From: Candidatus Zhuqueibacterota bacterium
Lineage (GTDB): Bacteria; Zhuqueibacterota; Zhuqueibacteria; Thermofontimicrobiales; Thermofontimicrobiaceae
Reading direction: 5' to 3'
DNA: 64,000 bases
NCBI GenBank assembly: GCA_049322915.1
Contig: JBMOPW010000020.1
Span: forward strand, 64,001-128,000
This document shows, piece by piece, positions 19,422 to 31,400 of this stretch. Positions within the stretch are counted from its first letter, which is position 1. The number at the start of each line of letters is the position of its first letter. A program made the translations under genes and the position numbers. The notes under the pieces are model-generated. The model saw only the letters and a program-made list of their open reading frames with translations. It was not told the DNA's origin and did not search any database.

Positions 19422-20084
19422 ATGGAAAATAAATCGACTCTACAGTATCTCCTGCCGATCGTCAGCCTCCTGTTCATCCTGGCTGCGTTTGTGGCGCTCG
19501 TCTATTATGCACCGACGGAACAGACCATGGGACTGGTTCAGAAAATATTCTACTTTCATGTGGCCACCGCGTGGATTGGCTTTTTCGCGTTCGGCGTGGT
19601 CTTTGTCCTGAGCATCCTTTTTCTGTGGAAGAAAGACAGCGCCTATGATGACTGGGCCTACAGCGCCGGAGAAATCGGGGTGATCTTCACGTCGCTGGTG
19701 CTGGTCACCGGCCCGCTCTGGGCCAAGCCCATCTGGAATACGTACTGGACGTGGGATCCGCGCCTCACCACAACATTGATTCTGTGGCTGATTTACATCG
19801 GCTATTTGATGTTGCGGAGCATGATCAATTCGCCGGAAAAGGCAGCCCGCATTTCCGCTGTGTACGGCATCATCGGTTTCGTGGACGTACCGATTGTGTT
19901 TCTGTCCATCAGCCTGTGGCGCACCCAGCATCCGTCGCGGCTGACAGAGGTTGATCCGCGCATGACCCACGTGCTGATGCTGAGCCTGTTGGCGTTTTCA
20001 CTGCTGTTCTTCAGCTTGCTGCTCGTCCGGGCGAACATCGAGAAACTGAGAAAAGAAATTGATGTGTTGAAACGAACCATGTAA
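19422..20084 (+). CDS. ccmC: Heme exporter protein C / cytochrome c biogenesis
   Basis: IFYFHV, WWD motif WAKPIWNTYWTWDPRLT, WRTQHP. Confidence 0.92.
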   Translation: MENKSTLQYLLPIVSLLFILAAFVALVYYAPTEQTMGLVQKIFYFHVATAWIGFFAFGVVFVLSILFLWKKDSAYDDWAYSAGEIGVIFTSLVLVTGPLWAKPIWNTYWTWDPRLTTTLILWLIYIGYLMLRSMINSPEKAARISAVYGIIGFVDVPIVFLSISLWRTQHPSRLTEVDPRMTHVLMLSLLAFSLLFFSLLLVRANIEKLRKEIDVLKRTM

Positions 20085-20105
20085 CCGCTGATTTGGGAAT
20101 TCATT

Positions 20106-20255
20106 ATGAGCAAATTATTTTATTTCGTCGTCGCCTATTCCATCCTCTGGATTGTTCTGTTCGGCTATGTGCTGAATCTGATGAAAAAACAGAGCGAGGT
20201 CAAAAAAGAGCTGGATCGGCTGAAGCAGGAATTGATCAGGGAGAATCGCGATTGA
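20106..20255 (+). CDS. ccmD: CcmD family small protein (49 aa, absent from the ORF track)
   Basis: MSKLFYFVVAYSILWIVLFGYVLNLMKKQSEVKKELDRLK..., directly after ccmC. Confidence 0.82.
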   Translation: MSKLFYFVVAYSILWIVLFGYVLNLMKKQSEVKKELDRLKQELIRENRD

Positions 20256-20371
20256 TGCGAGGCTATCGCCTGACCGGATTTTTTAGCATCTTAATGAAAA
20301 ATATAGATATGGATTGGCAAGAATATCAGAAGACAACTGCATCTTTTTTTGCAGCGTTCAATCCATCCTAA

Positions 20372-20411
20372 TTTCCCACACAGGTCTGATTGCGATGTGG
20401 GAATTTTTTTT
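20372..20411 (+). terminator. Rho-independent terminator
   Basis: TTCCCACA..TGTGGGAA stem followed by a poly-T run. Confidence 0.6.
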
Positions 20412-20458
20412 AGATCAAGGCACTTTTACTTTGGGAAATTGAGGAGCTATTTTATACA

Positions 20459-21817
20459 ATGCAGGAAAAACGCCTGGAGCGAATGAGCTCCGAAAAAATG
20501 ATGCCGCTCATTCTGTCATTTTCACTGCCCTCCATCGTATCCATGTCCGCCATGGCCATGTACAACATTGTGGATACGATTTTCGTCGGGCTTCTGGGGA
20601 CCGAGGCCATCGCCGGTTTGACCCTGATGATCCCGTTGAATATGCTGCTGCTGGCGTTCAGCCTGTTAATCGGGGTTGGCGCCACATCGTACATTTCAAG
20701 AGCCCTTGGCGCGAAGCAGTACGAGCAGGCGCATCATATTTTTTCCAGCGTCACCTTTGCCGCGTCGCTCGTGGGCCTGATTTTGATGGGACTGGCACTG
20801 GTGTTTTTGAGGGACATCCTGGAGTTCATCGGCAGGAACAGCCCGGCTATCAAACAGGCATACGACTTTGGATTTGTGCTCAGTTTCTCAATCCCGGTCG
20901 TGATGCTCACCATCACGCTCAATCAATGCGCCCGCGCAGAGGGCAATCCCAATATTTCGATGACGTCGCTGCTGGTCGGCACGGCGGTCAATATCATTCT
21001 GGACCCGATTTTCATCTTCGGTTTGAATTGGGGCATAAAAGGCGCGGCGCTGGCCACGGACATCGCCAATGTCATTTCGCTGGTGATTGTGCTTTCGTAC
21101 TTCATCGGCCCGAAAAGCCACTTGCAGTTTCGACTCAGGCTCATCAAGCCCACCGGCTTGATTCTGAAAGAATTGGGCAAAGCCGGGCTTCCGTCATTCA
21201 CCAGTCATATCGCCGCCAGCTTCGTCATTGCGCTGACCAACAGCATGTTAGCCGGCTACGGCGCGTTCGCTCTGGCGATCATGGGCATCAATAATCGGCT
21301 GATCATGTTGTTCTTCATGCCGATGATCGGCACCGGTCAGGGATTTATGCCCATCGCAGGGTATAATTACGGCGCGAAAAATTTCGAGCGGGTGAAAGAG
21401 GCGTTCTGGAAAGCGGTCATTCTGGTGACCGGCATCTGCACCTTTGGCTGGATTTTAATTCAACTCTTCCCGGAGCTGTTCATTCGGGTATTTTCCACAG
21501 ACCCGATTGTCATTGAGCAGGGCCGGTCTTCGCTGCATATCATCAATCTGATGTTGCCGTTGGTGGGTTTTCAGATCATCGGCGCGACGCTCTATCAGGC
21601 AATGGGCGAGGGACTGGCGGGCTTCATTCTCTCGATCACGCGGCAGGTGCTTGTCTTTCTGCCTCTGGTGATTGTCTTCCGCGCGCTGTTCGGACTGAAG
21701 GGCATTTTCTTCGCGATTCCCACGGCGGATCTGCTGGCAGGATTGATCATATTTTTCTGGCTGCGCTCGACGTTCAAAGGTCAGAAGTTGCAGCCGGCAA
21801 CCGTGAATGTGAACTAA
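20459..21817 (+). CDS. MATE family efflux transporter (MepA-like)
   Basis: YNIVDTIFVG, NIILDPIFIF, GAALAT, GYNYGAK; about 12 TM helices. Confidence 0.93.
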   Translation: MQEKRLERMSSEKMMPLILSFSLPSIVSMSAMAMYNIVDTIFVGLLGTEAIAGLTLMIPLNMLLLAFSLLIGVGATSYISRALGAKQYEQAHHIFSSVTFAASLVGLILMGLALVFLRDILEFIGRNSPAIKQAYDFGFVLSFSIPVVMLTITLNQCARAEGNPNISMTSLLVGTAVNIILDPIFIFGLNWGIKGAALATDIANVISLVIVLSYFIGPKSHLQFRLRLIKPTGLILKELGKAGLPSFTSHIAASFVIALTNSMLAGYGAFALAIMGINNRLIMLFFMPMIGTGQGFMPIAGYNYGAKNFERVKEAFWKAVILVTGICTFGWILIQLFPELFIRVFSTDPIVIEQGRSSLHIINLMLPLVGFQIIGATLYQAMGEGLAGFILSITRQVLVFLPLVIVFRALFGLKGIFFAIPTADLLAGLIIFFWLRSTFKGQKLQPATVNVN

Positions 21818-21866
21818 CGCGCTGATATCAGACCAGTGGAGCTGATGGCGCAGTCGGTCACATCGG

Positions 21867-22844
21867 CTATTTTCGGGCGACGACGACTGTTTCGCAGGCC
21901 AATTCGGTGAGCGCGGCATTCCAGCCGTTTCGATGGAACCATTGCTGCACATCGGCCATTGGCCAGCCGAGGCGGAGATGGTTTCTTCCCTCCTCGTGAT
22001 GAACGCCCTGCAAAATTTCCTGGCCGGCATCGTTGATATCAGCGAGGATGATCACCCCGTTTTCGCTGCACACTCGAGCCATTTCGGACAGCACCAGTTC
22101 CGGCTGTGGCAGGTGATGAATCATGTTCACGCTCATCACGGCAGCGAACGACTGGTCCGGGAATTCCAACTTTTTCGCGTCCCCCCTAATGAACTCGATT
22201 TTATCATCCAATTGAAAATAGATGGCATTGAGTCGGGCGTAATAGATTTCATCGGGTGACTCGTCCACTGAGGTGCACGATCTGCCGGAGCGGGCAATGG
22301 CCATTGCCATGTGCCCTTTGCCAGTCCCCACATCCAGAATTTTCCCGTCGTCCGGCACTCCGTTGAGCATCTGAACAATCTGTTCCCGATGAAGGGGCAT
22401 GTCATAGCCTAAATCGCGGTAGCGGTTGATTCGTGCTGAATATTTTTTGAAATTATCCTTCACCAGAAAGTCCGCGACAGCCCCGCGCAGACCGTTCACG
22501 CCGAGCATGGAACAATGCTGCTTGTTTTCCGGGATGCCGCCCAATTGTTTTATCACATCGTCGTCAGTGATTTTGATGGCGTCTTTCAGATGCTTGCCAA
22601 TAGCCAACTCCGAGACAACGCTGGTGGTGGCGATGGCGCCGCCGCAGCCAAAGACCTTGTATTTGAAATCGACGACCACTTCGTCCTTCACGCGAATCCA
22701 CACTTTGATGAAATCCCCGCAGGAGGGATCTCCGACTTTGGCGTAGCCGTCCGCATCGGAGATCTCGCCGATGTTGCGCGGATGGATGAAATGGTCGATG
22801 AAATTCTGAGTTAAAGGGTCTGTGAGGTTTGAATCATACGTCAT
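21867..22844 (-). CDS. IscU/NifU-N scaffold domain fused to a class I SAM methyltransferase
   Basis: DHFIHPRNIG, GDPSCGD, FGCGGAIA, KQHCS, then ILDVGTGKG and HHLPQP..VLSEMARV. Confidence 0.88.
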   Translation of the reverse strand: MTYDSNLTDPLTQNFIDHFIHPRNIGEISDADGYAKVGDPSCGDFIKVWIRVKDEVVVDFKYKVFGCGGAIATTSVVSELAIGKHLKDAIKITDDDVIKQLGGIPENKQHCSMLGVNGLRGAVADFLVKDNFKKYSARINRYRDLGYDMPLHREQIVQMLNGVPDDGKILDVGTGKGHMAMAIARSGRSCTSVDESPDEIYYARLNAIYFQLDDKIEFIRGDAKKLEFPDQSFAAVMSVNMIHHLPQPELVLSEMARVCSENGVIILADINDAGQEILQGVHHEEGRNHLRLGWPMADVQQWFHRNGWNAALTELACETVVVARK

Positions 22845-23784
22845 ACGTCATGTCCTTCACTATAAAAAAGGTGCCTCGTTCCATTTTTTTCGAAGCGATG
22901 CGCTGGTTGCGCAGCAGCGTTTCAAGATATTTATTGATCTCATTGATATGAAGCCCCAGCGTTTCCGAAAGGTCTTCCAGCGTACAGGGACGGCGTCGGA
23001 TCATTTCCAGAATTCCGCTTTCGATGTCCTCGTGATACGACTGAATGGCGCGCCGGTCCTTAACCTTGGCGATGATTTCTGTCTGCCAGTCCAGAAATGC
23101 GGCGATCTCTTCCAGTTGCAATCGCGTCGCCGGCTGCACCCAATCTTCCGTGCCCGGGCGATCCAGTGAATTCAACTGCACGAGATCGGGTTTTATGAAA
23201 TGGATTTTCTCTTTTAAATGGTGCAAATGCTCCGGCTGATCATTCACCCCGGGGCAGATGAACACTTCCAGATGAAACGCGCCTTTGTAGATTTCTCTGA
23301 AATCGGCCAGTCCCTGGATGATGGACGCCAGATCAATCCGGAAATGGGGCCGGTTGATCGCTTTGAAAGCCGATCCCTCCACAGCGTCTAGCGAGGGGAG
23401 AACGATATCGACCGGCAGTATCTCCTGGTGCACGCGCGGATCGCCCATCAATGAGCCATTGGTGAGCAGCGCCAGCTTGTACTGCGGGTAATTGACTTTG
23501 ATGAACTGGACAATCTCTCCCAGACCGATGTGCAGGGTGGGTTCGCCGGAGCCGGAAAAGGTGATAAAATCCAGCTTCGGGTGTGACCCGAGGAACTCGC
23601 GCAATTCGTCGACCACTTCGCGCGTCGGAACGTATTCCGCCCGCCTGTCCGTGAGATGGGTGGTGCGGCCACATTCGCAGTAGACGCAATCGTAGGAGCA
23701 CGTTTTATAGGGTATCAAATCGATGCCCAGCGAAATGCCCAGTCGCCGCGACGGCACCGGACCGAACAGATATTTATAATTCAT
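22834..23784 (-). CDS. Radical SAM protein (Tyw1-like COG0731 type) with C-terminal wHTH
   Basis: FGPVPSRRLGISLG, CSYDCVYC, SGSGEPTL, RRRPCT. Confidence 0.9.
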   Translation of the reverse strand: MNYKYLFGPVPSRRLGISLGIDLIPYKTCSYDCVYCECGRTTHLTDRRAEYVPTREVVDELREFLGSHPKLDFITFSGSGEPTLHIGLGEIVQFIKVNYPQYKLALLTNGSLMGDPRVHQEILPVDIVLPSLDAVEGSAFKAINRPHFRIDLASIIQGLADFREIYKGAFHLEVFICPGVNDQPEHLHHLKEKIHFIKPDLVQLNSLDRPGTEDWVQPATRLQLEEIAAFLDWQTEIIAKVKDRRAIQSYHEDIESGILEMIRRRPCTLEDLSETLGLHINEINKYLETLLRNQRIASKKMERGTFFIVKDMTYDV

Positions 23785-23904
23785 ACTCGCTCTTTTCGTT
23801 ACAGGTTTAATCGTGATTTGCCCCTCAAAGGACAGGCCGATCCTCGGAAATTAGGTCTATTCCAACCGTCCTGGTTTCTGGTTGTCCGGAGAAAATAGGG
23901 TTGG

Positions 23905-23933
23905 AATATACTAAAAAAAAAGTACGGGCGCAA
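23905..23933 (-). promoter_or_regulatory. Sigma70-type promoter of the radical SAM operon
   Basis: TTGCGC-17 bp-TATATT on the minus strand. Confidence 0.45.
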
Positions 23934-23964
23934 GGGATTCATTGGTTAAATTTTACCCAACCAG

Positions 23965-24865
23965 GACGAGCCGGAACCAAAAAAGAAATAGAACGCTGAT
24001 GACGCGGATGACGCGGATCTTCGCGGATTCTTTATAGGGGGAAATCGGTGTCATCAGTGCGGTACGTCCGCCGTTTGTTTGGTGGATTATCCGTGTTCTA
24101 TTAAAAAAAGGGAACTACTCAGGTTCCAGGTTTAAAGGTTCCATGTTCAGGGTTAAAAAGTATTTTCGTCGCTATTCAGGCATGTCGTCTCGCCGCGAAA
24201 TCACGAAGCCACAACGTTGCACGAAGATGTCATTTTATTCATTCTGATTTTGTGATATTCATTTTTTTTAAAACCACGCTCAGCTTTTCTGAATCGATAA
24301 TTCAGCCTGCATTATTCATCGTATTTTTAGAGGAGGCTGGCTAACCTGAATGGTGCTCTTTTTAGAATAAACGTATAAAAACTGAGTTTCAAAATAGCTT
24401 AGCCTTTAGCTAATTGAAAATTTGAATGTTGACTCAAATTCTGAGCAAGTTCATGAATAATTCAGGATAGATGTATTTTTTTCTTCGCGCCTTTGAGACT
24501 TTGTGGCTGTGCAGTTACAAAAAAGTATTAAAATTTTCTGCCCAAAAAGGTCAGAAAATTATTTGTCAGATACTAAAATTATAGCAAAGTCAACTTCCAA
24601 ACAAGACATAGAACACGGATAACCCGCCAAAAAGATGGCGGACGTTCCGCACGGATTATGTCGAAGATGCATCCTTCGATGCATGTACACGGATTTGAAT
24701 TTTAAACATTGCTGTTGTCTAATAATCCATTCAGAGTGACAATGATAATTCTAAAAAAAAATTTAAACGCAAAGACGCAGATATCGCTGAGAGCCGCAGA
24801 CATAAATTTTGTTTTTTGCTTTTCTCTGCGGCCTCCTCGTTAAGAAAGTGTGTAACTATTCAAGC
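23965..24865. repeat. Mosaic of nested palindromic/MITE-like repeats
   Basis: 9-bp GACGCGGAT repeats; ~51-bp inverted pair 24051-24101/24608-24658; interrupted copy of the 10037 element. Confidence 0.75.
24306..24466. mobile_element. 161-bp non-autonomous IS-derived MITE
   Basis: Terminal IRs CCTGCATTATTCAT / CCTGAATTATTCAT (13/14); interrupts a repeat whose intact copy is at 10037. Confidence 0.75.
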
Positions 24866-25108
24866 AAGTATTCCTGCCGCAATGCGTCTCTCGGACGGGT
24901 CGAAAGCGATCTCGAATCAGGCTGATCCCCGAAAAAAACTGGCGCACTTATCGCAGCGCCCCGGCCTGTGGAACTTTTACCGGGGTTTTCGATTCAATTG
25001 TTAGTTTGTACCGGTGGCTGAAGCGCCGGGCATGTACCCGGACAGGCGCTTTTCATTGAAGCAAATTATCCCGGCAATACCTGCGGATCACGCGTTCATA
25101 AAATTTAA

Positions 25109-25663
<555 letters not shown>

Positions 25664-25727
25664 TGCCCAATGCCCGGCCGTTGCTGTTTGTCCCGCTGTA
25701 TCGACGGGAGGGGTCAGGAAAAAAATC

Positions 25728-25756
25728 TTGACTTTTAACAGAATATTTGATATTTT
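25728..25756 (+). promoter_or_regulatory. Sigma70 promoter of radA
   Basis: TTGACT-17 bp-TATTTT with extended TGn. Confidence 0.6.
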
Positions 25757-25777
25757 AAGTTTTTAAAATTAAAGCAA

Positions 25778-28302
<2,525 letters not shown>

Positions 28303-28448
28303 TTGGGCTGAGGTTTACTATCATAATTCTCATTCAGATTTTATTTGAAAAAGCGCGTGAGCCAAAAACGAATTGGAGGGAGGTTCACGCGAATAGTGTT
28401 CAATTCGAACACGTGAACAATAATCAATTCTAACAGGAGGTTTGTACC

Positions 28449-28778
28449 GTGCAATTATTTTCTATTATGTTACACATGGGGAACCAAGCGGCCGGCGGCA
28501 GCGCCAGTAGTCAACTGGGATTGTTTCTTCCCATGATTCTCATTTTCGTTATCATGTATTTTCTCATTTTCAGGCCCCAGGCCAAGAAGCAGAAGGAACA
28601 GCGAAAGATGATTGAAGCCCTGAAAAAAGGGGATAAGATCATCACGATTGGCGGGATGTATGGACAGGTAGTTGGGTTGAAAGAGAAAGAAGGGACGATT
28701 CTTGTGAAGATAGCTGAAAACACCAAAATCGAATTGGTGCGTTCATCTGTCGCGAGAATCATAGGTTCAGAGGAGTAA
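28449..28778 (+). CDS. yajC: Preprotein translocase subunit YajC
   Basis: YFLIFRPQ, LKKGDKIITIGGMYG; follows tgt. Confidence 0.95.
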   Translation: MQLFSIMLHMGNQAAGGSASSQLGLFLPMILIFVIMYFLIFRPQAKKQKEQRKMIEALKKGDKIITIGGMYGQVVGLKEKEGTILVKIAENTKIELVRSSVARIIGSEE

Positions 28779-29308
28779 TGGACAGTTTACGAGTTATCAA
28801 ATATGGCAATCCCATTTTGCGGCTGAAAGCCACGAAAGTCGAAACGATCGATGATTCCGTCAAACAACTCATCACGGAGATGATAGAAATGATGCGGTTG
28901 GAGGAAGGCATCGGTCTGGCTGCGCCTCAGGTGGCGCAGTCGATTTCGCTTCTTGTGGTCGACGAAAGTCTCATTTCAGAGGAGGGCAAGCCATCGGCGT
29001 ACATCAATCCGGAAATACTGGCTTCTGAAGGCGAGTCGGTTTTCGAGGAAGGCTGTCTCAGTATTCCCGGAATACGGGAAGAAGTGAAACGACCGGAAAA
29101 AATTACAGTGCGCTACACGAATGCCGATGGCGAAGTCATTGAACGGCAGATTGATGGTCTGCTGGCGCGGGTGCTGCAACATGAAATCGATCATCTCAAT
29201 GGCGTGCTGTTCATCGACCGCATCAGTTCGTTGAAGAAACAACTGCTGCGACGGCAGCTCAAAGAAATTCTGGATGAAGAAGAGGCCGTGATGAAGGAAG
29301 TCGCCTGA
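28778..29308 (+). CDS. def: Peptide deformylase
   Basis: GIGLAAPQ, EGCLS, QHEIDHL. Confidence 0.97.
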   Translation: MDSLRVIKYGNPILRLKATKVETIDDSVKQLITEMIEMMRLEEGIGLAAPQVAQSISLLVVDESLISEEGKPSAYINPEILASEGESVFEEGCLSIPGIREEVKRPEKITVRYTNADGEVIERQIDGLLARVLQHEIDHLNGVLFIDRISSLKKQLLRRQLKEILDEEEAVMKEVA

Positions 29309-29370
29309 TGCGGTTGTAAAAGGTGCATCACAACTGACAGGACGTGTCGTGTTCAGAATAGAGTAGACGC

Positions 29371-30300
29371 ATGAAAATTGTGTTTTTAGGGACGCCGGAA
29401 TTTGCCATTCCCAGCCTGGAAATGCTGTGGAAGAGCAGCCATCAGGTTGTTGCGGTCGTCACCGGCCCGGACAAGCCGGTCGGTCGCGGCCGAAAGTTGG
29501 CGCCGACGCCGGTGAAAATGACCGCCGAGGCCCTGGGGATACCGGCGCTCACCCCGGCGAAATTCAGCGATTCGGATTTTGTAGCGCAACTGAAGCAATA
29601 CAACGCCGATCTATTTGTGGTGGTGGCTTTTCGCATTTTGCCTGAAGCTATATTCGGCATGCCACCCAAAGGCACAATCAATTTACATTCGTCTCTGCTG
29701 CCCAAATATCGCGGCGCAGCCCCCATTAACTGGGCAGTCATCAACGGGGAGAGGGAGACCGGCGTCACCACGTTTTTCATCGAAGAACAGGTTGACACCG
29801 GCGAATGGATTTTGCAGGAAAAAACAGGCATCGGAGCGAGCGAGACAGCCGGGGATTTGCATGATCGGTTGAGTATCCTTGGCGCGCGCGTTCTGCTGGA
29901 GACAGTCGATCGCATCGCTGCCGGAAACGCGCCGCGAATCAGGCAGGTGGGTGATGTGACCCGGGCGCCTAAAATTACAAAAGAGATTTGCGCCATCAAC
30001 TGGTCCGAAGACTGCCTTTCGATTTACAATAAAATCCGGGGGCTATCGCCCTACCCGCGCGCCTACACCCATTTTATGGGGCAGGAATTTAAGCTCTGCA
30101 CCTCATCGATTGAATCGCAGGAGGCTGTACCAGGCGTTGTTCCGGGCGAAATTCTCAATGTCGACAAGCAGAAGTTCACCGTGGCGACCGGCAGAGGCGT
30201 GCTGGCAATTACTGAAGTGCAGCCGGAAAATAAGCGGCGGATGACGTCGGCGGAATATCTGCGCGGCAATCCGGTGCAGGTTGGTCAGCGATTCGGGTAG
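29371..30300 (+). CDS. fmt: Methionyl-tRNA formyltransferase
   Basis: FLGTPEFA, NLHSSLLPKYRGAAPI. Confidence 0.97.
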   Translation: MKIVFLGTPEFAIPSLEMLWKSSHQVVAVVTGPDKPVGRGRKLAPTPVKMTAEALGIPALTPAKFSDSDFVAQLKQYNADLFVVVAFRILPEAIFGMPPKGTINLHSSLLPKYRGAAPINWAVINGERETGVTTFFIEEQVDTGEWILQEKTGIGASETAGDLHDRLSILGARVLLETVDRIAAGNAPRIRQVGDVTRAPKITKEICAINWSEDCLSIYNKIRGLSPYPRAYTHFMGQEFKLCTSSIESQEAVPGVVPGEILNVDKQKFTVATGRGVLAITEVQPENKRRMTSAEYLRGNPVQVGQRFG

Positions 30301-30354
30301 AGGCGAATCAGAGCATTGGCAAAAAACGACGACAAATTATTCTGAGAGGGAAAA

Positions 30355-31368
30355 ATGAGAATAGTTAAATTATTCATCCTGGCGCTGTTGATACTCATTG
30401 CGGTGATTTTAATCTCAGGGCTGATTCTTCCCCGGGACTATCTGATGGAGAAGACCATTGTCATCAGTGCGCCGAAAGAGCTGGTATTCGAGCATGTCCG
30501 ATACTGGAGAAATTGGGATGCATGGTCTCCGTGGATTGAAATGGATTCGCTGATGGTTTCCAAGATCGAAGGGACGGATGGAGAGGTCGGCTCTGCATAC
30601 AGTTGGGTCGGCGATCCGAAAGTCACCGGCAAAGGTGAAATGAAAACCACCGCGATAAAAGACAACGAAGAGATGGCGTACCACACCCATTTTTATCATC
30701 CATGGGAACGCGAATCCGATGGCTACCTGCGACTGGTGGACGAAGCCGGCGCTGTCAAAGTGGTTTGGGCGTTCTACGGCACGACGCCGTTTCCGTGGAA
30801 CGTTGGCATGCTATTTGTCAATCTGGATGACGTGGTCGGTAAGGATTTTGAACGCGGCCTGGTTCGGCTCAAACAGCTCTGCGAAACCGAAGCGACTGAA
30901 ATCTCCAAATATCAAATCAGTGAGATCGAATTCAGCGGAAGGAATTACGCTGCCATTCGCAGCACGGTCGCTTTCAGCGACATCCAAAATTTTATGACCG
31001 CTTCGTTCGGAGAGATTCAGCAGACGATGAAACAAAAAGGGATGCGGATGGTTGGCGCGCCGGTGGGCTTGTATTTCTTCTGGGATATGCCAAACAATTC
31101 CACAGAGATGGCGGCCGGGATTCCCATTACCGGCAGCATCGACGCCGGCAACGTGCAGACAATCACCGTGGAAGCCGGCCGCGCATTGACGGTTGATTAT
31201 TATGGCCCGTATGATAAGTCCCAGTTCGCCCACATGGCCATGGATTTTTACATGAAGAGAAACGCGTTGACGCAAAAGGCCATCGTTCTGGAGGAATATA
31301 TCACCGATCCAATGACCGAGAGCGACAGCAGCAAATGGCTGACAAAGATTATTTATTTTGTCCAGTAG
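30355..31368 (+). CDS. Membrane-anchored SRPBCC + GyrI-like ligand-binding protein
   Basis: N-terminal TM, WDAWSPW...DFERGLVRLK SRPBCC domain, C-terminal YYGPY..EEYITDP GyrI-like domain. Confidence 0.85.
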   Translation: MRIVKLFILALLILIAVILISGLILPRDYLMEKTIVISAPKELVFEHVRYWRNWDAWSPWIEMDSLMVSKIEGTDGEVGSAYSWVGDPKVTGKGEMKTTAIKDNEEMAYHTHFYHPWERESDGYLRLVDEAGAVKVVWAFYGTTPFPWNVGMLFVNLDDVVGKDFERGLVRLKQLCETEATEISKYQISEIEFSGRNYAAIRSTVAFSDIQNFMTASFGEIQQTMKQKGMRMVGAPVGLYFFWDMPNNSTEMAAGIPITGSIDAGNVQTITVEAGRALTVDYYGPYDKSQFAHMAMDFYMKRNALTQKAIVLEEYITDPMTESDSSKWLTKIIYFVQ

Positions 31369-31400
31369 TAAACCGATTAGAAAAGCAGTCATGACCGCCT

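Noticed and set aside
20093..20371. 92-aa ORF from the track
   Set aside because: Overlaps the better supported CcmD ORF in another frame
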